DNA from: Phycisphaeraceae bacterium
Lineage (GTDB): Bacteria > Planctomycetota > Phycisphaerae > Phycisphaerales > Phycisphaeraceae
Assembly: GCA_965214155.1 (NCBI GenBank)
Contig: CBDCBB010000004.1
Span: 84,248-148,247, forward strand
Direction: 5' to 3'
Length of the DNA stretch: 64,000 bases
The notes beneath the pieces are model-generated. The model was not told the DNA's origin. It was given only the letters and a program-made list of their open reading frames with translations, and searched no databases. Both the position numbers and the translations under genes were made by a program. Shown here piece after piece: positions 48,070 through 57,329 of this stretch (positions are counted from its first letter, which is position 1; each line of letters begins with the position of its first letter).

Positions 48070-48287
48070 GGCCGTTGGCCGTTAGCCGTTAGCCGCTGGC
48101 TGCTGGTGGCTAGTGGCTGGTGGCTGGTGGCTAGTGGCTGGTGGCTAGTGGCTGGTGGGTTTTTATTGTCGGCTTCTCCGGTTGCTTGCCTTGGGCCAGA
48201 TGCCAGCGGCCAGATGCCAGCCGCCGCCAGCGGCCAGGTGCCAGCCGCCGCCAACGCACAACGGCTAACCGCTATCGGCTAACGGCC
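48070..48287. repeat. Heptamer tandem arrays in inverted orientation
   Basis: About 13 units of (R)GTGGCT/GCCGTT at 48070-48160, facing GCCAG(N2)/GCTAAC units at 48195-48287. Confidence 0.8.
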
Positions 48288-48788
48288 CACCCCCCCCACC
48301 AACCGCCTCGCCGCGCACAGCGCAATCGCAATCCCGTCCGCCACGTCCGGCGGGCTGGGCGGCTCGGCCAGCCCGCACTGGGCCTGCACCGCCAGCTGCA
48401 TCTGACGCTTGCTCGCGTGGCCGTGCCCCGTCACCGCCTTCTTCACCTCCGTCGCCGGCAGGTGCTCCACCGCCAGACCCGCCCGCGCCCCGCACAGCAA
48501 GATCACCCCCCGGGCGTGGCCCATCAAGATCGCCGTCCGCGGGTGGGCGTAGTGCGCATACAGCTTCTCCACCGCCAGCCGGTGCGGCTTCAACTCCTCG
48601 ATCAACGCCTCGAGGTCCGCCGCCAGCGTGACCAGCCTCGCCTCGAGCGGCGTCTTCGCGTCCAGCCTCACCACCCCCGCCTCCACCAGCCGCGGCTCGA
48701 CCTGCCCCGCGTGCAGATCCACCACCCCGTACCCCGTCAACCGCAGCCCCGGGTCGATCCCCATCACCCGTGTCGTGCCGGCACCCAT
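48279..48788 (-). CDS. ruvC: Holliday junction resolvase RuvC
   Basis: MGIDPG, AVEKLY, GHARGV, EVKKAVTGHGHASK, DVADGIA. Confidence 0.96.
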   Translation of the reverse strand: MGAGTTRVMGIDPGLRLTGYGVVDLHAGQVEPRLVEAGVVRLDAKTPLEARLVTLAADLEALIEELKPHRLAVEKLYAHYAHPRTAILMGHARGVILLCGARAGLAVEHLPATEVKKAVTGHGHASKRQMQLAVQAQCGLAEPPSPPDVADGIAIALCAARRLVGGVGR

Positions 48789-48818
48789 CCCTCCATGCTA
48801 CCGCCCGATCACGCGGCA

Positions 48819-50618
48819 TTACCCCGTTCCCACCCCCGCGCCCGCCGCCTCCTCCGGGTGCACCGCCCCGTCACCGCCCTCCGCCTCGGCCGCCCACGAC
48901 GCCACCACCAGCCCGGCCGTGTGGTCGCACGCCTGCAACCCGTACGAGTACGGCCGCAGCCCCAGCGTGTGCGTGAACGCAATGTCGTGCACCCGCGGGT
49001 TCGGCGTCCCGTCCTCGCCGATCACCCGGTACGCCGCGTCCACGTCGATCCCGTCGAGCCGACACAACGCCTCGCCGTCCACCCCCAGCCGCCGCTCGGG
49101 GTGCTCCTCGAACAGCTCCCCCGCCGCCGCCGCATCGGCAAACGCCGCCCGCGCCGCCCGCACCGACCCGCCCTCCACCAGGCCCCGGAACGGGTACGAG
49201 TCCACGTCCACCGGCGGCTGTCCCGTGCAGTCGACGAACATCCGGTAATCCACCCGCGTCTCCTCCCCGTCGTTGTCCACCGACAGCGTCGTCCGCCCGT
49301 CGGCCCGCTCCTCCACCGTCGCGTAGCCCTCGACCAGGTCCAGCCGACCCGCGTCGTGCAGCGCCAGCAGCGTCTTGGCCGAGCCCAGCGGCATCGCCGC
49401 GATCACGTTCAGCAGGAACGGCATCACCACCGATCGCAGCTTGGCGTGGTCCTCGGCCGGCATCAGCTCCGCGTGATAATTCAGCGTGTACATCAGGTCG
49501 TCCAGCACCTCCTTCCAGTGGATCGGCCGGTCCTTTTCCAGCGACCGCCGCGCCTCGGGCATCTCCGACTTCATCCCCGCGAACGGGTCGTCGTAGCTGT
49601 GCTCGCCCTCCATCTGCTCCACGAAATCATCGAGCGTGTAACCGGCATCCTCCAACCGCTCCGCCACGTCCCCCCGCCCGTCGCCCCGGAACGCCTCGGC
49701 CAAAGCCGGCCGACACACCCCGTCGAAGTACGCCCCCAGCCGCAGCCGACCGTCCCCGTCCCGCATCCCCAGCAACGCCCCCCGCGTCACGTGCCGGTAC
49801 ACCGCCCGGAACGGCTCGTCCTGCTCATACTGCAGGTGCGGCAACCACCCATGCGCCGCGTGCAGCGCCAGCCGAAAATCCGGCGCCCCCGCGTCCGGCT
49901 CGAACCGCAGCCGCCCCCCCGCCTCCACAAACCGCCCGTGCCGGTGTGCCAGCGACGTCACCACGTCGAACGCGCTGAGCGACGCGCCCAGCGTCCCGAT
50001 CGCAAAATTATGGAACCGGCCCTCCGCGGGCAACAGCTTGTGCATCGGCCAGGGCGAGGCGTAGTACCCGTTCGCCGCGTCGTCGCCCTCTTGGAATGCG
50101 TGACCCGTCGCGATCACCACCGTGTCGAACGCCTCCCGCCCCGCCTCGGTCACCACCGTTACCACGCCCTTCCGGGGGTCGTCGATCAGGTCCGCGACCG
50201 GCGTGTGCAGCCGCACCTCCACCGCGATCCCAGCCCCGTTCAGCCGCTCCACGACGGTGTGGAACTGCGCCTCGAAATATTCGCCCAGCGCGACCCGGGG
50301 GTACGTCTCGGCCGAGTCGATCCCATCCCGCTCGATGTCGAACCGCGCGAGGTGGTCGTCCCCCAGCGTGTCGAGCCACTCGACCAGCGTCGCGTCCAGC
50401 CGCGGCAGCTCCTCCGACGAGATGTTGCACAGGTTGTGCCGGTCGGTCGTGTCGGGGTGGTACGGCATGCCCATGCCCGCCCGGCCCCCCCGCTCGAAGA
50501 CCGTCACGGAGGCGACCCGCCCCCGCAACGCCTCCGCCCGGGCCAGCAGGTGGTTCAGGAAGTACAGGGCCGTCGCCCCCGAACCCAGAAGCGCTACACG
50601 TCCGAATGACTCGCTCAT
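48819..50618 (-). CDS. FAD/NAD(P)-binding domain protein
   Basis: ALLGSGATA...VFER...GMGMPY, VIATGH, GASLSAFD, DCTGQ. Confidence 0.8.
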   Translation of the reverse strand: MSESFGRVALLGSGATALYFLNHLLARAEALRGRVASVTVFERGGRAGMGMPYHPDTTDRHNLCNISSEELPRLDATLVEWLDTLGDDHLARFDIERDGIDSAETYPRVALGEYFEAQFHTVVERLNGAGIAVEVRLHTPVADLIDDPRKGVVTVVTEAGREAFDTVVIATGHAFQEGDDAANGYYASPWPMHKLLPAEGRFHNFAIGTLGASLSAFDVVTSLAHRHGRFVEAGGRLRFEPDAGAPDFRLALHAAHGWLPHLQYEQDEPFRAVYRHVTRGALLGMRDGDGRLRLGAYFDGVCRPALAEAFRGDGRGDVAERLEDAGYTLDDFVEQMEGEHSYDDPFAGMKSEMPEARRSLEKDRPIHWKEVLDDLMYTLNYHAELMPAEDHAKLRSVVMPFLLNVIAAMPLGSAKTLLALHDAGRLDLVEGYATVEERADGRTTLSVDNDGEETRVDYRMFVDCTGQPPVDVDSYPFRGLVEGGSVRAARAAFADAAAAGELFEEHPERRLGVDGEALCRLDGIDVDAAYRVIGEDGTPNPRVHDIAFTHTLGLRPYSYGLQACDHTAGLVVASWAAEAEGGDGAVHPEEAAGAGVGTG

Positions 50619-50720
50619 GTCCCACAATAGCGCGCCCGCCCCCGCCGCGGCAGGGGCTGTGCCGCCGGCGTCAAGCCGCCGCCGACCGGTCCCTGTGCCG
50701 CGGGTCTATCCTGCACGCCC

Positions 50721-51338
50721 ATGGCTGAAGCCGACGCCACCGCCACCGCCACCGCCACCGCCCCGCCGCGGGTCCGCCGAGCCGGCGTCCGCCGCACGAT
50801 CCGCATGTCCACCGGGCGGCTGGCGCTGCTGAGCGCGCTGCTGGCCGTGAGCGCCGCGGGGCTGGGGCTGGGGCTGGTCGGGCCGTGCATGACCCTCACC
50901 CCCGCGTACGGCGACTACGACGGCTGGGTCCGCGCCCTCCGCCCGGACCTCACCACCCCCACGACCTACTCGATCCTCTCGGGCCTGCGGGCGATGCACC
51001 ACAGCGGCAACACCGCCATCGCCGTGCTCCTCCTGGGCTTCTCGGTCGTGTTCCCCACCCTCAAACTCGCGGCCATGGCGTGGGGGGCGGCGGCCCTGCG
51101 CCTGGGGGTCCGCCCCGCGCTGGCGGTGCGCGTCACCCACCACCTCGGCAAGTTCTCCATGCTCGACGTCCTGGTCATCGCCCTGTTCATCCTCGCCGCC
51201 AAGGGCCTGCCCGGCGGGACCACCATCGCCCTCCGCTGGGGCGTCTGGTCGTTCGCCGTGTCCGTCGTGCTCAGCCTGGTGATCTCGGTGCTGCTCTACC
51301 GCACGAAGCCGGCGAGGGAACAGCCGACGCAGCCGTAA
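50721..51338 (+). CDS. Paraquat-inducible protein A (PqiA)-family membrane protein
   Basis: YSILSGL, FSVVFPTLK, GKFSMLDVLVIA. Confidence 0.85.
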   Translation: MAEADATATATATAPPRVRRAGVRRTIRMSTGRLALLSALLAVSAAGLGLGLVGPCMTLTPAYGDYDGWVRALRPDLTTPTTYSILSGLRAMHHSGNTAIAVLLLGFSVVFPTLKLAAMAWGAAALRLGVRPALAVRVTHHLGKFSMLDVLVIALFILAAKGLPGGTTIALRWGVWSFAVSVVLSLVISVLLYRTKPAREQPTQP

Positions 51339-51462
51339 CCGCAGATTCCGCAGATTCCGCAGCTTGAAGACGCAAGCGCACGCGGCCGCTTTGCTCTTCC
51401 CGACCCTCGCGCACGATTCAGCCCCGAGTCTTAAATCTGCGTCATCTGCGAAATCTGCGGTT
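51337..51462. repeat. CCGCAGAT-type inverted-repeat element
   Basis: 34-nt imperfect arms AACCGCAGATTCCGCAGATTCCGCAG.../...ATCTGCGTCATCTGCGAAATCTGCGGTT. Confidence 0.8.
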
Positions 51463-51530
51463 CCCGCCTCGGGTTCTGCGGTCTTGCCCTTGGGGTCTGC
51501 GGTCCCGCCCGTTTTACTACCATGCCGCCC

Positions 51531-52556
51531 ATGCCCCGATCCTTCATCCGTGACTTCCAGGCCAACCAGTACACCGACGGCGTCTTCGCGATCCAGAACG
51601 CCCAGCTCGGCGTGACCAAGAACGGCAAGCCCTTCCTCAAGTGCCTTATCGCCGACCGCACCGGCCGCACCCCCGGGCGCATGTGGTCCATCACCGAAGA
51701 CCACTTCGCCACCCTCCCCACCGACGGCTTCGTCTGGATCGCCGGCCAGACCCAGCCCTACCAGGGCGAGATGCAGATCATCATCCAGGACATCCGCACC
51801 CACGAGCCGACCGACCGCGAGCTCAAGGACCTCCTCCCCGCCACGGAGTACGACGTCGACCAGATGTTTTCCGAGGTGATCCGCCTGCTGCACTCGCTCC
51901 AACACCGCGCCGTCAAGTCGCTCGTGGACCGCTACCTCGAGGACGGCAAACTCATGGACCGCTTCTGCCAAGCGCCCGCCGCCATGTCGCTGCACCACGC
52001 CTACCTCGGCGGGCTGCTCGAGCACACCCTCTCGCTCATGAAGGGGGCCGACGCCCTGCTCCCGCTGTACCCCAAGGTCAGCCGCGACATCGTGCTCATG
52101 GGCCTGTTCCTGCACGACCTGGGCAAGTGCGATGAGCTCACCTGGCTCCAGGGCTTCGGCTACTCCCGCGACGGGCAGCTCGTCGGGCACATCGCCCGCG
52201 GCGCGGTCCTGCTCGAGCAGAAGGCCAGGCTCTGCGAGGACGCCGACCTCGGCGAGGCGGCGCTGAAGGTGCCCGACGCGATCAAAGAGGTCCTCACCCA
52301 CATCATCCTCTCGCACCACGGCACGCCCGAGTTCGGCGCGCTCAAGGTCCCCGCCACGCCCGAGGCGCTGTTCGTCTCGGCGCTGGACAACCTCGACGCG
52401 AAGATGAACATGTCCCTCGCCGAGGCCCGCAGCGACGCCGCCATCGCCAAGACCGAACTCGGCGGCGACTTCACCGAAAAGCTCTGGGCCCTCAATACGC
52501 GGCTGTACAAGCCGGACCCGACGACGGTCGCGGATCAAACCGGCCATCCCGCTTAA
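51531..52556 (+). CDS. OB-fold + HD-domain 3'-5' exonuclease (YhaM/Cbf1-like)
   Basis: TKNGKPFL, PAAMSLHHAYLGGLLEH, FLHDLGK, ILSHHG; start 51531 (alternative 51522). Confidence 0.9.
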   Translation: MPRSFIRDFQANQYTDGVFAIQNAQLGVTKNGKPFLKCLIADRTGRTPGRMWSITEDHFATLPTDGFVWIAGQTQPYQGEMQIIIQDIRTHEPTDRELKDLLPATEYDVDQMFSEVIRLLHSLQHRAVKSLVDRYLEDGKLMDRFCQAPAAMSLHHAYLGGLLEHTLSLMKGADALLPLYPKVSRDIVLMGLFLHDLGKCDELTWLQGFGYSRDGQLVGHIARGAVLLEQKARLCEDADLGEAALKVPDAIKEVLTHIILSHHGTPEFGALKVPATPEALFVSALDNLDAKMNMSLAEARSDAAIAKTELGGDFTEKLWALNTRLYKPDPTTVADQTGHPA

Positions 52557-53539
52557 GCGGGATGGCCCGCGGGTTGCTGCATGCTCAAGCAATGCAACGC
52601 CCCGAGCCCGACGACCAGGTGCTCGCTCCGCACCGGGACCGGGGTGTGGTCGGGCATGATGCGGTCGAACAACTCCAGCGCCTCGTCGTCGGAGGCTTGG
52701 CCGAAGGTCGGGACGAAGACGCGGCCGTTGGCGATGAGGAAGTTGGCGTAGCTCGTCGGCAGGGGCAGGCGGCCGCCCGGGCCGAAGCGGTCGGGGGGGT
52801 AGTCGTAGTAGATCGTCTCGGGCTGCGGCAACTTGACCACGCTCAGCCCCGCCCCTCGTAGCGGGGCGGCGTCGACGTCGGGGTGCACCACCACCGTCGC
52901 GGGTCCCACGAACCGCGCCGCGTTGTCGATGTGCCCGTCGGTGTCGTCCCCCGGCAGGCCCCCCTCGGGCAGGTCCAGCCAGATCGTCCGCGTGACCCCC
53001 AACGCCCCGCCCAGCAGCCGCTCGACCTCCGCCCGGCCCGTCGGCCCGTTCCGCGAGGGGTTCAGCAGGCACTCGGGCGTCGTCAACAGCAACCCCCGCC
53101 CGTCGGTCTCCAACGCCCCGCCCTCCACCACCGCCTCGTACCGGTCGCACGGCAGCCCAAGCGCCGCCGCCAGCCGCGACGCCAGCGCGTCGTCGTCGTC
53201 GAACGGCTCGTACTTCCCGCCCCAGGCGTTGAACCGCAAGTCCACCACCCGCAGTTCCGCGTCCTCCCCGTGCCCGTCCCGCCCCCACACGAACAGCGGC
53301 CCCGAGTCCCTGACCCACGAGTCGTTCGTCACGATCCCCAGCTCGCCCGGCGTCCGCACCCGCACCACCTCCCCCATCGCCTCGCGCCACGCCCGGTGCT
53401 GCCCCTGCGCCGCCTCCAGACACCCCGGCCACGTCTCGGGGTTGTGCGGCGGGACCACCCAAACCGCCTCCAACGGCTCCCACTCAGCGGGCAGCCTGGG
53501 GGTTAAGCGTTGGGCGTTGGGGGCTTGGGCTGGAGTCAT
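52553..53539 (-). CDS. Agmatine/peptidylarginine deiminase family protein
   Basis: PAEWEP, DSWVRDSGP, FNAWGGKY, EGGALE, DTDGHID, GALHCLSMQ. Confidence 0.93.
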   Translation of the reverse strand: MTPAQAPNAQRLTPRLPAEWEPLEAVWVVPPHNPETWPGCLEAAQGQHRAWREAMGEVVRVRTPGELGIVTNDSWVRDSGPLFVWGRDGHGEDAELRVVDLRFNAWGGKYEPFDDDDALASRLAAALGLPCDRYEAVVEGGALETDGRGLLLTTPECLLNPSRNGPTGRAEVERLLGGALGVTRTIWLDLPEGGLPGDDTDGHIDNAARFVGPATVVVHPDVDAAPLRGAGLSVVKLPQPETIYYDYPPDRFGPGGRLPLPTSYANFLIANGRVFVPTFGQASDDEALELFDRIMPDHTPVPVRSEHLVVGLGALHCLSMQQPAGHPA

Positions 53540-53653
53540 GGGCCGGGATGATACGGCGGGGTTGCTCCGCGTCGCGGGTGACGCGCCAGCGTCCCGTGAC
53601 GTGAGCTGTTTGCGGGGCCTTCTTGCCGCGGCAAGGCTTGCGTTCCGATTACG

Positions 53654-53732
53654 GAGTACGAGTACGAGAACGAGTGCGAGTGCGAGTGCGAGAAAAAATT
53701 CCCTACGTCCCTACGTCCCTACGTCCCTACGT
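53654..53732. repeat. Adjacent hexamer (GAGTRC x about 6) and octamer (CCCTACGT x4) arrays
   Basis: 53654-53689 and 53701-53732, separated by an A/T tract. Confidence 0.85.
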
Positions 53733-53838
53733 CCCCAAGCCCTCCACCCCCACCCGTTACACTGCCCCGTCGCGGCGATCAACGTGATAGCCGCCCGCTT
53801 TCTCGCACCGGGCCCCGTCGCCCAAGGATAATTTTGAC

Positions 53839-54336
53839 ATGGCAGAACAGGACACGCAGACCACCGTCATCGGGGCCGACTCGCACTTCAAGGGTGAGCT
53901 CGAGTTCGACAAGACCGCGCGGATCATCGGCCGCTTCGACGGCAAAATCACCGGCAAGGGCGAGCTCCAGGTCGCTCAAAACGCCCAGTGCAAGGCCGAC
54001 CTCGACCTGACCAACGCCAACATCGACGGCGACATCGAGGGCAACGTCAACGCCAAGGACACCGTGCGGCTCAACGCCAACGGCCGGGTTAAGGGCGACA
54101 TCACTGCCGCGAAGATGGTGATGGCCGAGGGCGCGTCGTTCCACGGGATGTGCGCCGTCGGGCCGGATGCGCCGGGCAGCCGCGGCTCGTCGTCGGGTGG
54201 TTCGGGCGGGTCGAGCGGGTCAGGCGGCGGCAGCGGGCCGAACAACACCGGCGGCGTGTCGGGGTCCGTCGGCACGTCGGTCGCCGAGCCGCAGGGCGGC
54301 ACGCCGCAAGGCACGCCCCAGCCGCCGAAGAAGTGA
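53839..54336 (+). CDS. Bactofilin (polymer-forming cytoskeletal protein)
   Basis: TVIGADSHFKGEL...IDGDIEGNV...VKGDITA...MAEGASFHG; Gly/Ser-rich tail. Confidence 0.93.
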   Translation: MAEQDTQTTVIGADSHFKGELEFDKTARIIGRFDGKITGKGELQVAQNAQCKADLDLTNANIDGDIEGNVNAKDTVRLNANGRVKGDITAAKMVMAEGASFHGMCAVGPDAPGSRGSSSGGSGGSSGSGGGSGPNNTGGVSGSVGTSVAEPQGGTPQGTPQPPKK

Positions 54337-54519
54337 GGCCGCTCCTCCGCACGGCGTCGCAGAGCGTCCGGCAATAGCCGGGGCCTGACGGGCCCCGTTG
54401 TCCCCGGGCGGGCGTAGCCCGCCGGCTATGGGGCGTTGGACGTTGGACGCCGAAGGTGTTGGTCCGTTCCCCGCAACCGCGGCGCCTCCCCGTGCGGGAG
54501 CGCGTCGACGTGAGACTCG

Positions 54520-54936
54520 ATGGCGCGGCAACTCCCGCCCAAAACCGTCGTGTGTTACCACTGCCACCACGCGTTCGAGGTGGGCGGTCGCACCCAGTCC
54601 ACGTCCTGCCCGGGCTGCAACAAGCCCGTCATGGTCGCCGACCAGATCATCGACCGTCAGCGCGGACCGCTCCGCGAACTCAGGACCTGCGGCCAGGTGA
54701 TCGTCAAGAAAAAGGGCCGGCTGATCTGCCACCACATCGTCGCCCACGCGGGCATCGACTGCATCGGCATCATCGACGCGAAGGACGTCGTCACCGGGCG
54801 ACACGTCCACCTCGGCCCGAAGTCGCAGTTCAAGGGCGACCTCACCGCCCCGTCGCTGTCGGTCGACCTCGGCGCCCGCATCACCGCGAGCGCATTCCGC
54901 ATCGGGTTGGCCCCGGAGGACGACGAACCAGGTTAG
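54520..54936 (+). CDS. Zinc-ribbon + bactofilin-domain protein
   Basis: CYHC...CPGC followed by beta-helix-like repeats ending FKGDLTAPSLSVDLGARI. Confidence 0.8.
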   Translation: MARQLPPKTVVCYHCHHAFEVGGRTQSTSCPGCNKPVMVADQIIDRQRGPLRELRTCGQVIVKKKGRLICHHIVAHAGIDCIGIIDAKDVVTGRHVHLGPKSQFKGDLTAPSLSVDLGARITASAFRIGLAPEDDEPG

Positions 54937-54998
54937 CCGCCGGGCTCGTCCCGGCGCTTCACGCAACCCGGAACGCGGGGACAAGCCCGGCGGCTAAC
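54932..54998. repeat. REPIN-like doublet, family B
   Basis: GTTAGCCGCCGGGCTCGTCCC...GGGACAAGCCCGGCGGCTAAC between convergent genes. Confidence 0.8.
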
Positions 54999-55011
54999 GC
55001 AGTTAACGCCG

Positions 55012-55452
55012 TCATTTCGCCAGCTTCGCGACGATCCGCCACAGGTCGTGCGGCGAGAGCGTGCGGCCGGTGTCGGCGTTGAACGCGTCGACGATGTCGT
55101 CGAACGCGGGGGTGTACAGCAGACGGTCACGCTTCGAGAGCTCGCCGACGTGTCGCTCGACGAGTTGGACGAGCACCGCCTCGTGCTCCGGCCCGATACG
55201 GGGCGGTGCGGAGCGGGCCTTGCCCAAGCGCGGCAGCTTCTTCGCCTTGCGGAGGTTGTGCAGCCGGTGGAACACCGCCGCCCGTTCCGGCGGCACCCAT
55301 CGGGCGTCGGCCTCTCCCGGGTCGCCGTACATGTCCCGGTAGATCGACTCGAACTCCCCGGTGTACGGCAGGTCGTCGAGCGTGCGGCCGTGCCTCTCGT
55401 ACACGCTCACCAGCAGGTCCGTGTCGTCAAGGGGAAATAGCGCGTCGGGCAT
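55012..55452 (-). CDS. Hypothetical protein with internally duplicated D-x-L-[PL]-Y-T helical domain
   Basis: DDLPYTGEFESI...LHNLRK and DRLLYTPAFDDI...VAKLAK. Confidence 0.75.
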   Translation of the reverse strand: MPDALFPLDDTDLLVSVYERHGRTLDDLPYTGEFESIYRDMYGDPGEADARWVPPERAAVFHRLHNLRKAKKLPRLGKARSAPPRIGPEHEAVLVQLVERHVGELSKRDRLLYTPAFDDIVDAFNADTGRTLSPHDLWRIVAKLAK

Positions 55453-55486
55453 GGCGGTCGGGCAGACGGCGGTTCAACCTTCGGAT

Positions 55487-55535
55487 GAAGCGACGCGGCT
55501 TTGCCGCGCCGAGCGCGGCGGAGCCGCGGCGCTTC
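55487..55535. repeat. REP-like doublet, family D
   Basis: GAAGCGACGCGGCTTTGCCGCGC...GCGCGGCGGAGCCGCGGCGCTTC. Confidence 0.7.
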
Positions 55536-55553
55536 GTGTGGCACGACGATGAT

Positions 55554-56231
55554 TTACCGTGACGCCCAGAGCATGCCGCGGCGGACGATTTCTTTTGCTT
55601 CGGGGATGTCGAAGTCGGCGTGCGTGTGGCCCCACGCCGCGCCGAAGACGCGGGCCTTGCCCCAGGTCTTGGTCCAGGCGTAGGGGTGCACCGCGTTCTG
55701 CGTGTAGAGGCTCGGGTTGCCGTGGGCCTGGTCAAAGACGGTGGTGCACAAAACGGTGTTGCCCGGGTCGTGGTGGCAGTAGTACTGCTCGGTGTTGGGC
55801 AATTCAAAGTCGTCGAGGCCGGCGGTGATGGGGTGGCTCTCGTCTTCGATGTAGACGGTGTAGCGTTCGATGCAGTTGCCGGGGTGGGCGACCCACTGGG
55901 CCCCGGTCATGAACTGGTACTCGGTGTTCATGCGGAAGCTGTCGATCATCCCGCCGTGGAACCCGGCGAGGCCGACGCCCGACTGGATCGCGGCGTCAAG
56001 GCCCTGCCACTGCTCCTTGCTGATCTCGCTCATGGTCCAGATCGGCACGAGCAGGTCGAAGCTGTGCATCCGGTCCCGGTCGGTGTAGACGTCGAGGGTG
56101 TCGACCACGTCGACGTCGTAGCCCGCGTCCTGCAGGAGCGGGGCGAATACCTCGGCGGACTCCTTGGGCGTGTGCCCGGACCAGCCGCCGTAGGTGATGA
56201 GGGCTTTTTTGTTGGTTTGGGTCGTCGCCAT
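55554..56231 (-). CDS. ThuA-like (trehalose utilisation) domain protein
   Basis: GGWSGHTP, GLAGFHGG, FMTGAQWVAHPG, WGKARVF. Confidence 0.9.
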   Translation of the reverse strand: MATTQTNKKALITYGGWSGHTPKESAEVFAPLLQDAGYDVDVVDTLDVYTDRDRMHSFDLLVPIWTMSEISKEQWQGLDAAIQSGVGLAGFHGGMIDSFRMNTEYQFMTGAQWVAHPGNCIERYTVYIEDESHPITAGLDDFELPNTEQYYCHHDPGNTVLCTTVFDQAHGNPSLYTQNAVHPYAWTKTWGKARVFGAAWGHTHADFDIPEAKEIVRRGMLWASR

Positions 56232-56280
56232 GGTGCGGGTCCGGGGTGCGGGTTCAGAGGCGGCGGAGTGTAGCGGAATG

Positions 56281-56519
56281 ACAAACCTGAATGACGAATG
56301 ACGAAGCCGCCAAGCGGGGCAGGCCCTGAACTTGAATTAGTGGGGCGGGCTTCCAGCCTGCCATCGGGCGCAGCCCGAAGCCGGTCACCGGGAACTTGGC
56401 CCTTCGGGCCAATGGCAGGCTGGAAGCCTGCCCACTGTAGGAGAGCCTGCCCCTACCCCACGATTTCGAGACCGGCCCCGCTGTTCGGCTTCGTCATTCT
56501 TCATTCGTGCTTCGTCATT
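56281..56519. repeat. Composite element: AATGACG-type outer arms enclosing a REPIN (family E)
   Basis: Inner arms GTGGGGCGGGCTTCCAGCCTGCCAT (56340-56364) / ATGGCAGGCTGGAAGCCTGCCCAC (56412-56435); outer GAATGACGAATGACGAAGC / GCTTCGTCATT. Confidence 0.8.
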
Positions 56520-56859
56520 GCTCCGCCCCTCCGTCCTCCGCGTGCTCGTCGCTGAGCGTCTTTTCCCACTGCGGGGCGTCGGCGCGGAGGGCGGCCTTGG
56601 CGAGCATGTGCGAGCCGACGGGGGTGGCGACGAACGCGAAGAGGAGGGTGAGCAGCGACATGATCAGCACGTTGGGCGTGCCGATGTGCAGGATCGCTCC
56701 GATGAGCAGGCCCATGATCCCGAGGGTGGTGGCCTTGCTCATCGCGTGGATGCGGTGGTAGACGTCGGGCAGGCGGACGATGCCGATCGCCCCGACGGCG
56801 AAGAAGAACAGCCCGCCGGCGATGAAGACTACGGCCAACAGGTCGCCGACGAGGTTCAT
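56515..56859 (-). CDS. mrpG: Mrp/Mnh antiporter subunit G
   Basis: RLPDVYHRIHAMSKATTLG, TPVGSHMLAKAA. Confidence 0.94.
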   Translation of the reverse strand: MNLVGDLLAVVFIAGGLFFFAVGAIGIVRLPDVYHRIHAMSKATTLGIMGLLIGAILHIGTPNVLIMSLLTLLFAFVATPVGSHMLAKAALRADAPQWEKTLSDEHAEDGGAEQ

Positions 56860-57329
56860 GATGGGGTCCCTTCTCGGGTGGCGTCGTCGGACTTAGGCGT
56901 GGCAAGTTCGTCGTGGGGCAGGCCCGGCTCGCCGGCGTCGCGCCGCTCGCACAGGCCGCAGATGTACTGCGAAAAGCCAACGGTGCTGACGAAGCCGAGG
57001 ATCGCGATGACCAGCACCGCGTCGAAGAACACGGTCGTGCGGAGCAGGATCGACAGCAGGATGACCAGCCCCACGACGTGCAGCGCCAGCGCGTCGGCGG
57101 CCAGCACCCGGTCGGCGAGGTGCGGCCCCCGCAGCAGCCGGTACAGGCAGAGGATCACCCCGACGATGATGACCACGATGCCCGCCTGCACGGCCCAGAA
57201 CAGCACCGGCTCGACCGAGCTCGGCTCGAACACGTGGGCCGGGACGTCGCCGCCGCCCGCGGGGGTCGGGGACGGGGCCGCGGCGAGCAGGGGATAGACG
57301 ACAGAGGCGAGGGCGGTGCAGAGGGTCAC
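56856..57329 (-). CDS. mrpF: Mrp/Mnh antiporter subunit F
   Basis: RLLRGPHLADRVLAAD, LGFVSTVGFS. Confidence 0.92.
   Translation of the reverse strand: MTLCTALASVVYPLLAAAPSPTPAGGGDVPAHVFEPSSVEPVLFWAVQAGIVVIIVGVILCLYRLLRGPHLADRVLAADALALHVVGLVILLSILLRTTVFFDAVLVIAILGFVSTVGFSQYICGLCERRDAGEPGLPHDELATPKSDDATREGTPS

Noticed and set aside
48141-53483. 822-aa (+) and 925-aa (-) ORFs
   Set aside because: High-GC shadows over ruvC/FAD protein and over pqiA/HD/deiminase genes
48070-53732. Tandem arrays as a possible CRISPR
   Set aside because: Units are 6-10 nt with no unique spacers, and no cas genes are present
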